From assembly GCF_049284435.1 (NCBI RefSeq), contig NZ_JBAPXX010000043.1:470-64469 (forward strand): a DNA stretch of 64,000 nt. The letters are read 5' to 3'. The notes under the pieces are model-generated. The model was not told where the DNA came from, did not search any database, and saw only the letters and a list, made by a program, of their open reading frames with translations. The position numbers and the translations under genes were made by a program. The stretch's first letter is position 1. Every line of letters begins with the position of its first letter. This DNA comes from Acinetobacter sp. (lineage in GTDB: Bacteria; Pseudomonadota; Gammaproteobacteria; Pseudomonadales; Moraxellaceae). Below, piece by piece: positions 1 through 10,939 of this stretch.

Positions 1-1969
1 CTTCCATCGATTCATCAGCAAACTCAACCGCAGCATCAGAACCATAAGCAAGGTTCATTTCGTATAACGCATCTTGGAAGCCCATGATACCCATACCAAC
101 CGGACGGTGTTTCAGGTTCGAGTTGCGCGCTTGCGGAACAGCGTAGTAGTTGATGTCAATCACGTTGTCGAGCATACGAACGGCTGTTTTAATTGTACGT
201 GCCAGTTTTTCACGATCCAGTACACCGCCTTGAACGTGTTGTACCAGGTTGATCGAACCCAGGTTACATACCGCGATTTCTTCTTTGCTGGTGTTCAGCG
301 TAATTTCTGTACACAGATTAGAAGAGTGCACCACGCCTACGTGTTGTTGTGGTGAGCGCAGGTTACATACGTCTTTGAATGTGATCCACGGGTGACCTGT
401 TTCAAACAGCATAGACAGCATTTTGCGCCACAAATCTTTTGCACGGATTTTCTTGTGCAGCATGTTTGTTTCTTTAGCAATCGCTTCGTAGTGTGCATAA
501 CGCTCAGCGAATTCTGCACCGGTCAAATCATGCAGATCAGGTGTTTCAGAAGGCGTGAACAAAGTCCATTCAGCATCTTCGAATACACGTTGCATGAACA
601 GGTCAGGAACCCAGTTTGCAGTGTTCATGTCATGGGTACGACGACGGTCATCACCGGTGTTCTTACGCAGTTCCAGGAATTCTTCGATGTCCAGATGCCA
701 AGTTTCTAAGTATGCACAAACTGCACCTTTACGCTTGCCACCTTGGTTAACCGCAACAGCTGTATCGTTCGCCACTTTCAGGAACGGAACAACACCTTGC
801 GATTTACCGTTAGTCCCTTTGATGTATGAGTTCAAGGCACGAACTGGCGTCCAGTCATTACCTAAACCGCCTGCCCATTTAGACAGCATTGCGTTATCAC
901 GCATTGCGCCATAAATGTCGTACAGGTCATCATCAATGGTTGTTAAGTAGCAGCTAGATAATTGTGGACGAAGCGTACCTGAGTTAAACAGGGTAGGCGT
1001 CGAAGCCATGTAATCGAAGCTAGACAATAAGTTATAGAACTCAATCGCGCGGTCTTCACGGTTTTCTTCATTGAGCGACAAGCCCATAGAAACACGCATA
1101 AAGAACAATTGCGGAAGTTCGAAACGTACGCCATCCGAATGGATGAAGTAACGGTCAAATAAAGTTTGCAGACCCAAGTAAGTAAACTGGTTAGAGCGTT
1201 CCGGTTGAATCGCCGCCGCCAGTTTCGCCAGGTCAAAGTTCAACAATTCTGGAGAAAGCAGCTCAAGCTCGATACCTTTCTTCAGGAAAGTTTCAAGCGC
1301 GTCGCCTTCATTGGTCTCTGTAGACAGCCCCAGGAATTTCAAACCAGTCGCAACCAGGTCATCACGTAATAAACGTGCAGTCACATACGTATAGTTAGGC
1401 TCTTGCTCGATACGGGTACGGGTCGCCATCATCATGGTGGTAGAGATGTCCGACTCTTTTACCCCGTTGTACAAGTTTTTCACGGTCTCATCGACAATGG
1501 CTTGTACATCAATGCCTTCCAGTCCTTCCGCTGCTTTAGTGACATGCGAAGTTAAAGCACTTAAATCTAGTGGCTTAAGTTTGCCTTCGACATCGCTAAC
1601 TTGCAGCGTCGGATGATGATGTGCACCCAGCTGTTTACGTGCTTCAGAGCGTTGTTCACGGTAAATGACATAAGAGCGTGCAACTTTCTGTTCGCCCGTA
1701 CGCATTAGCGCAAGTTCAACTTGGTCTTGAATTTCTTCAATATGAATCGTTCCGCCAGACGGTAAACGACGTTTAAAGGTATTTAATACCATTTCCGTCA
1801 GTTGTTCGATACGATCATGGATCCGGCTCGAGTCAGCGCTTTGTTGGCCTTCAACCGCCAAAAACGCTTTACCAATTGCGACAGAAATTTTTTCTGCATC
1901 AAAAGCGGCAACATCACCGGTGCGTTTAATCACCTGAAGTTGACCAGGAGTTGAAGTGATTACGCTCAT
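1..1969 (-). CDS. nrdA: Ribonucleoside-diphosphate reductase class Ia alpha subunit (5' part; runs off window start)
   Basis: Missing from the ORF track because it is truncated. Manual translation from CAT at 1967-1969 gives MSVITSTPGQLQVIKRTGDVAAFDAEKI (ATP-cone). Later motifs include STPTLFNSGT-RPQLSSCYL, NQGGKRKGA and SSNLCTEI...VCNLGS. Confidence 0.97.
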   Translation of the reverse strand, partial: MSVITSTPGQLQVIKRTGDVAAFDAEKISVAIGKAFLAVEGQQSADSSRIHDRIEQLTEMVLNTFKRRLPSGGTIHIEEIQDQVELALMRTGEQKVARSYVIYREQRSEARKQLGAHHHPTLQVSDVEGKLKPLDLSALTSHVTKAAEGLEGIDVQAIVDETVKNLYNGVKESDISTTMMMATRTRIEQEPNYTYVTARLLRDDLVATGLKFLGLSTETNEGDALETFLKKGIELELLSPELLNFDLAKLAAAIQPERSNQFTYLGLQTLFDRYFIHSDGVRFELPQLFFMRVSMGLSLNEENREDRAIEFYNLLSSFDYMASTPTLFNSGTLRPQLSSCYLTTIDDDLYDIYGAMRDNAMLSKWAGGLGNDWTPVRALNSYIKGTNGKSQGVVPFLKVANDTAVAVNQGGKRKGAVCAYLETWHLDIEEFLELRKNTGDDRRRTHDMNTANWVPDLFMQRVFEDAEWTLFTPSETPDLHDLTGAEFAERYAHYEAIAKETNMLHKKIRAKDLWRKMLSMLFETGHPWITFKDVCNLRSPQQHVGVVHSSNLCTEITLNTSKEEIAVCNLGSINLVQHVQGGVLDREKLARTIKTAVRMLDNVIDINYYAVPQARNSNLKHRPVGMGIMGFQDALYEMNLAYGSDAAVEFADESME

Positions 1970-2054
1970 TTAGCATAGCTCCATTGTCATCTATTTTTAT
2001 GTTTATGGACCGTTTGAACTGGGCAAATTTTGTGCCACAGTATTTGAGGAATAA

Positions 2055-2102
2055 ACACAAGACCTAGTGGTTTTAAAATTAATTGAACACAAGATACGGG
2101 AA
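2055..2102. promoter_or_regulatory. Tandem NrdR boxes upstream of nrdA
   Basis: ACACAAGACCTAGTGG (2055-2070) and ACACAAGATACGGGAA (2087-2102) start 32 bp apart and resemble the consensus acaCwAtATaTwGtg. Confidence 0.8.
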
Positions 2103-2260
2103 AATTTAGGGTAGATCAATATTGACATTTAGCTAAATATTTTTCTTAAGTTGTGCTTTAATCCTTGTAAAAATATCGCTATTTTTATTGATTTTTGTAT
2201 AAGCCTTATCAGGCAAGGCATAGCATAACAAAGTCCAAAGAAAGTGCTTATAGATAACAC

Positions 2261-2269
2261 TGTGGATAA
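2261..2269. promoter_or_regulatory. DnaA box upstream of nrdA
   Basis: Perfect TGTGGATAA (reverse complement TTATCCACA), with a degenerate copy TATAGATAA at 2249-2257. Confidence 0.6.
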
Positions 2270-2535
2270 CTAAAAAGTGCTGAATCAAGCAGTCATATTT
2301 TGTCCATGTAATAGTTGTGTAAATCGCAAATCAGATCTAAGCCACTGTTTCAAGCATAATTGTCCAAAAAATGCACGATAAAATATTACAAAATGCTATC
2401 TTGATGTATCAGTTTGGTGAACGCTATCTTGTTTACAATGTAAACGTGTGTATATTGCAAGCATATTAAAAACGTATCTATTGAATTTCAAAAGGATACG
2501 CCTATAGCGTAGATCCACCAAATAAGGGGCAATAT

Positions 2536-3252
2536 ATGAGCCAAGAAGAAAAGTTACCCAAGATTTTAATTGTTGAAGATGACGAGCGTCTTGCTCGTTT
2601 AACGCAAGAATACCTCATTCGTAACGGACTTGAGGTCGGGGTAGAGCCGGATGGTAACCGTGCCATTCGTCGGATTATTGCCGAGCAGCCAGATATGGTG
2701 GTGCTGGATGTGATGTTACCAGGTGCTGATGGCTTGACCATTTGCCGTGAAGTGCGTCCACATTATCATCAACCGATTTTGATGTTGACTGCGCGTACTG
2801 AAGACATGGATCAGGTTTTAGGTCTGGAAATGGGTGCAGATGACTATGTCGCTAAGCCTGTTCAGCCGCGTGTATTGCTGGCACGTATTCGTGCATTATT
2901 GCGCCGTACTGATAAGGTACCTGAAGATGAAGTGGCACAGCGCATCGAATTTGATGATCTGGTCATCGACAACGGCGGTCGTTCAGTGACCTTAAATGGC
3001 GATCTGGTTGATTTTACCAGCGCAGAATATGACCTTTTATGGTTGCTTGCATCGAATGCTGGCCGTATTCTCTCTCGCGAAGATATTTTCGAGCGTTTAC
3101 GTGGTATCGAATATGATGGTCAAGACCGTTCAATCGATGTGCGTATTTCTCGTATCCGTCCAAAAATCGGTGACGATCCAGAAAATCCGAAGCGTATTAA
3201 AACAGTACGTAGTAAAGGTTATCTTTTCGTTAAAGAGACCAATGGTCTTTAA
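2536..3252 (+). CDS. bfmR: OmpR-family response regulator BfmR (RstA-like)
   Basis: MSQEEKLPKILIVEDDERLA; receiver domain (LDVMLPG, GADDYVAKP) and winged-helix DNA-binding domain (RSIDVRISRIR, KTVRSKGY). Confidence 0.97.
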   Translation: MSQEEKLPKILIVEDDERLARLTQEYLIRNGLEVGVEPDGNRAIRRIIAEQPDMVVLDVMLPGADGLTICREVRPHYHQPILMLTARTEDMDQVLGLEMGADDYVAKPVQPRVLLARIRALLRRTDKVPEDEVAQRIEFDDLVIDNGGRSVTLNGDLVDFTSAEYDLLWLLASNAGRILSREDIFERLRGIEYDGQDRSIDVRISRIRPKIGDDPENPKRIKTVRSKGYLFVKETNGL

Positions 3253-3294
3253 GCAAATGTGGTTTGTTGCTTGAACAAGCAGGATAAATTATAG

Positions 3295-4968
3295 GTGTTT
3301 AAACACAGTATATTTTTGCGTATATACGCAGGACTCGTCATCCTTGTAGTCTTGGTGGCGGTGTTCGGCTATCTGTTGGTACAGATTATCAACTATCAGC
3401 GTGCGCAAGAATATCGCGAATCCCTGACTGATGGTATGGCATATATCATTAGTGAGGAGGTTGCACGCCAGCCAAATCTCCAGCAAAAGATGGATTGGGT
3501 TTCTGATGCCTCCGATTTACTGGAATTGCCTATCCACTATGTTGAAGCCAGCAAGGTCGACATTACCCGTGCTGAAGGGCGCCGTATTGCCGAACGTAAG
3601 GCGGTGGTACGTTGGGATGCCGAATCGGGTATTGCCTATATTGTGGTAGGGCTGCGCGATGACCCGGGTCATTATCTTTATATTAAGGCCGATAGTATTA
3701 CTGAACGCCAGATGAAGGCCTTACCGGTCTTTATTCTGGATTATCTGGTCTACTATCCAGGTCAGGAAAAAGAATACCTGGCTCGTATCCAAGATCATTT
3801 TTCTTATCCGGTTTCCATCGAAAACGTCCAGAATTTGCCTTTAGACTCCGAACAGATCGGACGTCTGCGTCTGGATCACAGTATTATTTTATACCGCGAT
3901 AATGCTTCTATTCGTGGTACGACCATTTCAATTATTTCGCCAATTCCAGGTTCGACCTCCCAAGTGTTGGTCATGGGGCCAGTACCGCTATTTAACTGGA
4001 TGCCATTCCAGTTGGCGACCGGTATTACCTTATTAAGCCTTTTTGTGTTGAGTCTGGGTGTTTATGGTCTGCTTGTGCCAATGCAGCGTAAGTTGCGTGA
4101 AGTCAGCTATGCCTTGAACAAAATGAAATCGGGGAACATGTCATTGCGTCTTCCTGTGGAAGGCAGTGATGAGATGTCTACACTGGCGTCTAGCTATAAC
4201 AATATGTCAGACCATATCCAGCGTTTGATCGAAGCACAGCGTGAGCTGATGCGTGCAGTGTCGCATGAGTTGCGTACACCGGTGGCACGGATCCGTTTTG
4301 GTGTGGAAATGATGGCAGATGAAGACGACTACGATTATCGTCTGCAACAGGTGGAGCAGATTGATAAAGATATTGAAGCACTGAATACCTTGATTGATGA
4401 GATTATGACCTATGCCAAACTGGAACAGGGCATGCCGTCGATCGAGTTTGAGCAAATCGATCTGTATGACGTACTGAATCAGGTGGCTCAGGAAACTGAA
4501 GCACTGAAAACTCAGAAAATCATTGAATTGCATCCAATGCCTGTTTCGGTCACGGTAGAGGCGGAGCGTCGCTATCTGCATCGTGTAATTCAGAATCTAG
4601 TCGGTAATGCTGTACGTTATTGCGATAATAAAATCTTGATTAGCGGTGGTCTGGATCAAGACGGTCAGGCCTATGTTTGTGTAGAAGATGACGGGCCGGG
4701 GATTCCGGAAATAGATCGCGCCCGCATTTTTGAAGCCTTTGCCCGACTGGATGATAGTCGTACCCGTGCTTCGGGTGGTTATGGTTTAGGTCTGTCGATT
4801 GTCAGCCGGATTGCATACTGGTTTGGTGGTACGATTCAAGTTGATCAAAGTCCGATCCTGGGTGGTGCGCGTTTTACCATGACCTGGCCGGCACAGCGTT
4901 ATGTCAAGAAGAGTAAGCGCAAGATGGTAGAAAAAAAGCCTGAGGAAGCGAGCGATCATTTAGCTTGA
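3295..4968 (+). CDS. bfmS: Sensor histidine kinase BfmS
   Basis: Two TM segments, HAMP, H-box VSHELRTP, N-box NLVGNAVRY, G boxes EDDGPG and GGYGLGL; GTG start; follows bfmR. Confidence 0.95.
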   Translation: MFKHSIFLRIYAGLVILVVLVAVFGYLLVQIINYQRAQEYRESLTDGMAYIISEEVARQPNLQQKMDWVSDASDLLELPIHYVEASKVDITRAEGRRIAERKAVVRWDAESGIAYIVVGLRDDPGHYLYIKADSITERQMKALPVFILDYLVYYPGQEKEYLARIQDHFSYPVSIENVQNLPLDSEQIGRLRLDHSIILYRDNASIRGTTISIISPIPGSTSQVLVMGPVPLFNWMPFQLATGITLLSLFVLSLGVYGLLVPMQRKLREVSYALNKMKSGNMSLRLPVEGSDEMSTLASSYNNMSDHIQRLIEAQRELMRAVSHELRTPVARIRFGVEMMADEDDYDYRLQQVEQIDKDIEALNTLIDEIMTYAKLEQGMPSIEFEQIDLYDVLNQVAQETEALKTQKIIELHPMPVSVTVEAERRYLHRVIQNLVGNAVRYCDNKILISGGLDQDGQAYVCVEDDGPGIPEIDRARIFEAFARLDDSRTRASGGYGLGLSIVSRIAYWFGGTIQVDQSPILGGARFTMTWPAQRYVKKSKRKMVEKKPEEASDHLA

Positions 4969-4992
4969 TATTGTGTGAATGATTTTAGTCAT

Positions 4993-5021
4993 AAAAAAAC
5001 GATGCATCGGCATCGTTTTTT
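4993..5021. terminator. Bidirectional intrinsic terminator
   Basis: AAAAAAACGATGC-ATCG-GCATCGTTTTTT between convergent genes. Confidence 0.85.
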
Positions 5022-5035
5022 ATTGGGAGCGATTT

Positions 5036-5392
5036 TTATTCCTGAATGGTCGCATCAGGTTCAATGAGTGATTTGCCCTCTTTTAAGCTTTGTAGCGCTT
5101 CAGGGTTAAAGTCGATCAACAGTTTGGTATTTTTCGCATCGACATTATAGCGCTGAATCAGTTTCTGGTCGCCTGATAAAGTTTCAACTTTATATTCATC
5201 AGCAATATTCATAATGCCATCCAGATTGATGCTGGAAGAGGCGTGATCTTCTTGAAAAAGTGCATGGATGTCACGTAAGTCAAAAGCTGCCTGGCTTATG
5301 TTGGGATTTTTCTGGATGTAATTTTCTATATGTCGAACCAGTAATTGAGCAAATAAAAAATAATTAGGTCGATGGGAAAAGCGTAGAGACAT
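5036..5392 (-). CDS. Hypothetical protein (118 aa)
   Basis: ORF-track entry re-started at ATG (MSLRFSHRPNYF) that follows an AAGGAG Shine-Dalgarno. Confidence 0.8.
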   Translation of the reverse strand: MSLRFSHRPNYFLFAQLLVRHIENYIQKNPNISQAAFDLRDIHALFQEDHASSSINLDGIMNIADEYKVETLSGDQKLIQRYNVDAKNTKLLIDFNPEALQSLKEGKSLIEPDATIQE

Positions 5393-5964
5393 GCAAGGAC
5401 TCCTTATTGTTACTTTATTAATGCCATGATGTGGTTTAGAAATATAAATAACATATTCTGAATCAGTCCGTTGAGCATGTTGCAAAAAGACACAATTGCC
5501 AATCTAAGCTTACCAAGTGGCTGCAGGGGGTAAATCAGCAGTTAAATGTAAAAAATCACATTAAATCTCAAGTTAAATCAAATAGTTTGAAGGAAATAAT
5601 AGTTGTTAAAATAAGTTTTTATCTGATTTAACTTGGATTCAATAGTGAAAAGGACTATATGTAAATGGGTGGGCGAGAAAAGCAGCTCATCGATCAGTCT
5701 ATTTTCTGGCAGCGCTATTTATAGAAAAATTAATAGATAATTAAAATTTAATTTAGGAAAACGATTAAAACGAATTCTGAATGATTAAAGTCAAATTAAA
5801 TGCTGAAATGTCTAAAAAATCATCCCAAAGACTAAGGCTTATAAACTAGCAAGTGAAATCCAAAATCAGGTACAATTGGCGGGATTAATTTTGTGTTTGG
5901 TGTATTTGAAGGCCAATACATACATTCTTTGTTAACAAATAGGCCTGCCAGGAGTTATCCCCGC

Positions 5965-6510
5965 ATGAGTGCTATTACTCCATACGAATGGGCAATTATT
6001 GCCTTCGTGATCGGCGTTACATTTTTATGCGTCTTTATGCTGACTGTCCCATTACTCCTCGGGGGTAAATCATGGGGCCGTGCCAAGCAGGAGCAGTTTG
6101 AGTCAGGTGTAGTTAGCGCAGGTGGAGCTCGTATCCGCTTGTCTGCAAAATTCTATTTAGTTGCAATTTTCTTCGTGGTGTTTGATTTAGAAGCACTTTA
6201 TCTATATGCATGGGCAGTTTCTGTTCGTGAAGTAGGTTGGATTGGTTTTGCAACTGCAGCTATCTTTATCATAGTTTTACTTGTTGGTTTGATTTACGAA
6301 TTATCGACAGGCGCACTCAATTGGGCACCTTCAGACAGACGTAAGGCAGCAGGAATTAAAGCTAAGATTGGTTCGCCAAATATGGATCTTGCAGAAATTA
6401 CGCGCTTCAACTCGATTGAAGAATTGGTGATGGATCCAACGGGTCAAATCCCGGCTCAATCATCTGGTTTTGTGAAAAAGTCACAAACTCAATTATCTGA
6501 TAAGGAGTAA
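5965..6510 (+). CDS. nuoA: NADH-quinone oxidoreductase subunit A
   Basis: FESG, KFYLVAIFFVVFDLE motifs. Start moved to ATG 5965 after AGGAG. Has a C-terminal extension. Confidence 0.96.
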   Translation: MSAITPYEWAIIAFVIGVTFLCVFMLTVPLLLGGKSWGRAKQEQFESGVVSAGGARIRLSAKFYLVAIFFVVFDLEALYLYAWAVSVREVGWIGFATAAIFIIVLLVGLIYELSTGALNWAPSDRRKAAGIKAKIGSPNMDLAEITRFNSIEELVMDPTGQIPAQSSGFVKKSQTQLSDKE

Positions 6511-6516
6511 GACGGG

Positions 6517-7197
6517 ATGAAATATACATTAACCCGTGCGAATCCGAATGCTGATCAATATCCACTTCAGGAACGTATTGTTGTAGAAGATCCGTTGCTA
6601 GAAGAAGAAGTGAATAAAAATGTATTCATGACTCGCTTAGAGGATGTGGTACATACAGCAGTCAACTGGGGTCGTAAAAACTCAGTTTGGCCATTTAACT
6701 TTGGTACATCTTGCTGCTACGTGGAGTATGCAACGACCTTGACCGGCGTGCATGACTTGTCACGTTTTGGTGCCGAGGTTATCCGTGCTTCACCGCGTCA
6801 GGCGGACTTAATGATTGTGGCGGGTACATGCTTTGTGAAAATGGCGCCGGTAATTCAGCGTCTGTATGAACAGATGCTTGAACCAAAATGGGTCATTTCA
6901 ATGGGTGCATGTGCCAACTCAGGTGGTATGTACGATATTTATTCAGTCGTACAAGGTGTGGATAAAATCATCCCGGTCGATGTGTATATTCCAGGTTGCC
7001 CACCACGTCCTGAAGCTTTGATTCAGGCATTAATGCTGTTGCAAGACCAGATTCAACTAGAGCGTCGTCCGCTTTCTGCGGTGATCGGTGATGATCTTAA
7101 GCCAGTGTATAAGCCAAAGATGATGCCGGAACGTGACCGTAAGAAAGACCAGCGTGTTGCTGTGAAGAACTTACGCTCTATGGATGAAATTAAATAA
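6517..7197 (+). CDS. nuoB: NADH-quinone oxidoreductase subunit B
   Basis: [31 protein letters not shown]. Confidence 0.98.
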   Translation: MKYTLTRANPNADQYPLQERIVVEDPLLEEEVNKNVFMTRLEDVVHTAVNWGRKNSVWPFNFGTSCCYVEYATTLTGVHDLSRFGAEVIRASPRQADLMIVAGTCFVKMAPVIQRLYEQMLEPKWVISMGACANSGGMYDIYSVVQGVDKIIPVDVYIPGCPPRPEALIQALMLLQDQIQLERRPLSAVIGDDLKPVYKPKMMPERDRKKDQRVAVKNLRSMDEIK

Positions 7198-7288
7198 TTT
7201 AAACGACAGGTTGTTTTGTTGTGCACCCGCTATGGGTGTAATTGTCGTTTGGGTTGACTGAATTTGTATTAAATAGGAAGCCAAGCCA

Positions 7289-9076
7289 ATGGCTGAAACT
7301 GACATTGCTATGCCAGAATCAACGCCTGTTGATTCCCGCCCAGCATTTGCCATCATTGAAGAACTCAAAACCAAATTTGGTGAGAACTTCTTTGTGCAAA
7401 CGACTTTCGAGGATTTCCCGACAGTCTGGGTTGAGCGCGCACGTGTACAAGAAGTTTTAATGTTCTTGCGTACAGTGTCACGTCCTTACGTGATGTTGTT
7501 CGACTTGTCAGCGGTAGATGAGCGTCTGCGTACGCACCGCGACGGTTTACCTGCGTCTGACTTCACCGTGTTCTATCACTTGTTGTCGCTCGAGCGTAAT
7601 ACTGACATTCGTATTAAAGTTGCCTTAGCTGAAAGCGATTTGAATCTTCCAACGGCAACCAATATTTGGCCAAATGCCAACTGGTACGAACGTGAAGCTT
7701 ACGATATGTTCGGGATCAATTTCGAAGGGCATCCAATGCTCCGTCGTATCTTGTTGCCAACCTATTGGGAAGGTCATCCGCTACGTAAAGAATATTCTGC
7801 ACGTGCGACCGAATATACGCCGTATTTGCAAGATAAAGCCAAACAGGACTACGAACAGGAACATCTTCGCTTCGTCCCTGAAGATTGGGGTATTAAGCGC
7901 GGCAATGCCGATGAAGACTTCATGTTCCTGAACTTGGGTCCGAACCATCCATCTGCGCACGGTGCGTTCCGTGTGATCTTGCAGCTGGACGGTGAAGAAG
8001 TGAAAGACTGTGTGCCTGATATCGGTTATCACCACCGTGGTGTGGAAAAGATGGCTGAACGTCAAACCTGGCATTCATTCATTCCGTATACAGACCGTGT
8101 CGACTACCTCGGTGGTTGTGCGCAAAACATGCCTTACGTGCTTGGCGTAGAGCAAATGGCGGGTATTACTGTACCTGACCGTGCGCAATGTATTCGCGTG
8201 ATGATGTCTGAACTGTTCCGTATCAATAACCACTTGCTGTTCATTGGTACTGCGATTCAGGATGCCGGCGGTATGACGCCAGTCTTCTACATGTTTGCTG
8301 ACCGTCAGAAAATCTATGACGCGATTGAAGCGATCACCGGTTACCGTATGCATCCGGCATGGTTCCGTATCGGTGGTACCGCACACGACCTTCCAAACAA
8401 CTGGCAGCACCTGATTCGTGAAATCTTGGACTGGATGCCGAAACGTTTGAAGGAATACCATACTGCAGCGCTGAAAAACTCAGTATTTGTGGGTCGTACC
8501 CGTAATGTTGCGCAATACGATGCAAAATCTGCATTGGCTTGGGGTGTAACAGGTACAGGTCTACGCGCTACAGGTATCGACTTTGACGTACGTAAATATC
8601 GTCCATATAGCGGTTATGAAAATTACGACTTCGAAGTGCCGGTTGAGTACGAAGGCGATGCCTATGCACGTGTCATCGTTCACTACCGTGAAATCGAAGA
8701 ATCACTGAAAATTATCAAACAATGTTTAGATAATATGCCGTCTGGTGCGTACAAAGCAGACCATCCACTGGCTGTTCCACCACCAAAAGACAAGACATTA
8801 CAAGATATTGAAACCTTGATTACGCACTTCTTGAGCGTATCTTGGGGTCCTGTAATGCCGGCGGGTGAAGCATCTGTGATGGCGGAAGTGGTGAAAGGCG
8901 CGTCGAACTACTACTTGACTTCAGACAAGTCAACCATGAGTTACCGTACCCGTATCCGTACACCAACCTTCACGCATTTACAGCAAATGCCTTCTGTGAT
9001 TAACGGCAGCTTAATGTCTGACTTAATCATTTATTTAGCGACCATTGACGTCGTAATGGCTGACGTGGATCGCTAA
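7289..9076 (+). CDS. nuoC: NADH-quinone oxidoreductase fused subunit C/D
   Basis: [29 protein letters not shown]-terminus DVVMADVDR. Confidence 0.98.
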   Translation: MAETDIAMPESTPVDSRPAFAIIEELKTKFGENFFVQTTFEDFPTVWVERARVQEVLMFLRTVSRPYVMLFDLSAVDERLRTHRDGLPASDFTVFYHLLSLERNTDIRIKVALAESDLNLPTATNIWPNANWYEREAYDMFGINFEGHPMLRRILLPTYWEGHPLRKEYSARATEYTPYLQDKAKQDYEQEHLRFVPEDWGIKRGNADEDFMFLNLGPNHPSAHGAFRVILQLDGEEVKDCVPDIGYHHRGVEKMAERQTWHSFIPYTDRVDYLGGCAQNMPYVLGVEQMAGITVPDRAQCIRVMMSELFRINNHLLFIGTAIQDAGGMTPVFYMFADRQKIYDAIEAITGYRMHPAWFRIGGTAHDLPNNWQHLIREILDWMPKRLKEYHTAALKNSVFVGRTRNVAQYDAKSALAWGVTGTGLRATGIDFDVRKYRPYSGYENYDFEVPVEYEGDAYARVIVHYREIEESLKIIKQCLDNMPSGAYKADHPLAVPPPKDKTLQDIETLITHFLSVSWGPVMPAGEASVMAEVVKGASNYYLTSDKSTMSYRTRIRTPTFTHLQQMPSVINGSLMSDLIIYLATIDVVMADVDR

Positions 9077-9090
9077 GGGGTAAACGCATT

Positions 9091-9600
9091 ATGATGATTT
9101 TGACTGATAAAAAGCCACGTGTGAATGTTGAAGGAATTTTGACTGCGGACGAAATTCACGATATCGAACATCACATGGGGCACTACCCATACCCACGTGC
9201 AGCGTGTCTAGATGCGCTGAAGTGTGTACAACGCCGTAATGGCTGGGTAGATGATGCGCAAATGAATGCCATCGCACAAATGCTGAGCATGAGCGTTGCA
9301 GACCTTGAAGGTGTGGCAACGTTCTATAACCGTATTTACCGTCAGCCGGTCGGTCGTCACGTAATTCTATTATGTGATTCGATTGCGTGTTTCTTGATGG
9401 GTGCGGAAACTTTGGCAGAAGCATTCCAGCGTGAATTAGGAATCCAGTTTGGTCAAACGACTGCAGATGGTCGTTTCACTTTGCTGCCAATTTGCTGCCT
9501 GGGCAACTGTGACAAAGGTCCAACCTTAATGATTGATGAAGACACGCACGGTCTGGTTGAAGTGACTTCGGTGAAACAGCTGTTGGAGAAGTATGTATGA
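9091..9600 (+). CDS. nuoE: NADH-quinone oxidoreductase subunit E
   Basis: VATFY, CDSIAC, CLGNC 2Fe-2S ligands. Confidence 0.97.
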   Translation: MMILTDKKPRVNVEGILTADEIHDIEHHMGHYPYPRAACLDALKCVQRRNGWVDDAQMNAIAQMLSMSVADLEGVATFYNRIYRQPVGRHVILLCDSIACFLMGAETLAEAFQRELGIQFGQTTADGRFTLLPICCLGNCDKGPTLMIDEDTHGLVEVTSVKQLLEKYV

Positions 9601-10928
9601 ATACTGAACCAAAACCAATTTATGGCGACGGTAACCCGGAAACGCATCCATTAACATGGCGTTTAAGCAAACAAGCCAACGTACGTAATGCAGATGATTA
9701 CGAAGCGCTTGAAGGTTATGCAGGCTTTAAAAAAGCACTGACCATGTCGCCTAAAGATGTATTGGAAGTGGTTAAGGCAGCGACTGTTAAAGGTCGTGGT
9801 GGTGCAGGCTTCCCGGCAGGCATCAAATGGTCACTCATGGCGCCAAACGACAACTCAGGTCCACGTTACCTGATTTGTAATGCCGATGAGATGGAACCAG
9901 GTACCTTTAAAGACCGTTTGTTGATGGAAGATCTTCCTCATCAATTGATCGAAGGTATGCTGATTGCGGGTTATACGCTTGAAGCAACACACGGTTATAT
10001 CTTTATCCGGGGCGAGTACATCGAAGCTGCTCAGTACTTAAATGAAGCACTTGAGCAAGTTCGTGCCAAAGGTTACTTAGGGGATAACATCCTCGGTACA
10101 GGCTGGAACTTCGAGTTACACGTGCATACCGGTGCGGGTCGTTATATCTGCGGTGAAGAAACTGCATTGATTAACTCGCTTGAAGGTCGCCGTGCTAACC
10201 CGCGTACCAAACCGCCATTCCCGCAAGTTGCAGGTGCTTGGGGTCGTCCTACGATTGTTAACAACGTAGAGACCTACAATAACTTACCAGCAATCATGCT
10301 GCGTGGTCCTGAATGGTATATCAACTTATCTGCGGGTAAGTCGAAAGATCCAGGCACCAAGATTTATGGTGCATCAGGTAAGGTGAAATTCCCGGGTCTA
10401 TGGGAACTTCCATTTGGTACAACAGCACGTGAAGTGATTGAAGACCATGCTGGTGGTATGCGCGACGGCTTAAAGCTGAAAGCATGGTTACCGGGTGGTG
10501 CATCGACAGACTTTCTGGCTGCCGAGCATATTGATCTTCCTATGGATGCGGAAAGCATCATGAAAGCAGGTTCGCGTTTAGGGACTTGTTTGTTGATGGT
10601 GGTAGATGAAACCCAATGTATGGTTTCAGCGACACGTAACCTCGAAGAATTCTTTGCACGTGAATCATGTGGTTTCTGTACGCCTTGCCGTGATGGCTTA
10701 CCTTGGGCTGTGAAAGCGCTGAAAGCACTGGAAGATGGCACAGGTAAGAAAGAAGATATCGATCACTTACAAGAACTGACTCGTAAGCTTTGGATTGGTA
10801 AAACTTTCTGTGCCCACGCACCGGGTGCAATGGAGCCGCTTATGGGCGCACTCAAATATTTCCGTGGCGAATTTGAAGCGAAGGTTGTGAATGCCGCCGC
10901 TCAAACCAGCAACGTAGAACAAGCTTAA
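9597..10928 (+). CDS. nuoF: NADH-quinone oxidoreductase subunit F
   Basis: [37 protein letters not shown]. Confidence 0.98.
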   Translation: MNTEPKPIYGDGNPETHPLTWRLSKQANVRNADDYEALEGYAGFKKALTMSPKDVLEVVKAATVKGRGGAGFPAGIKWSLMAPNDNSGPRYLICNADEMEPGTFKDRLLMEDLPHQLIEGMLIAGYTLEATHGYIFIRGEYIEAAQYLNEALEQVRAKGYLGDNILGTGWNFELHVHTGAGRYICGEETALINSLEGRRANPRTKPPFPQVAGAWGRPTIVNNVETYNNLPAIMLRGPEWYINLSAGKSKDPGTKIYGASGKVKFPGLWELPFGTTAREVIEDHAGGMRDGLKLKAWLPGGASTDFLAAEHIDLPMDAESIMKAGSRLGTCLLMVVDETQCMVSATRNLEEFFARESCGFCTPCRDGLPWAVKALKALEDGTGKKEDIDHLQELTRKLWIGKTFCAHAPGAMEPLMGALKYFRGEFEAKVVNAAAQTSNVEQA

Positions 10929-10939
10929 GGAATTCGACT

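Noticed and set aside
74..1616. Several short ORF-track entries on both strands
   Set aside because: They are shadows of the truncated nrdA frame on the minus strand.
6390..6510. C-terminal extension of NuoA and fused NuoCD
   Set aside because: To my knowledge ordinary for Acinetobacter and gammaproteobacterial complex I; not novel.
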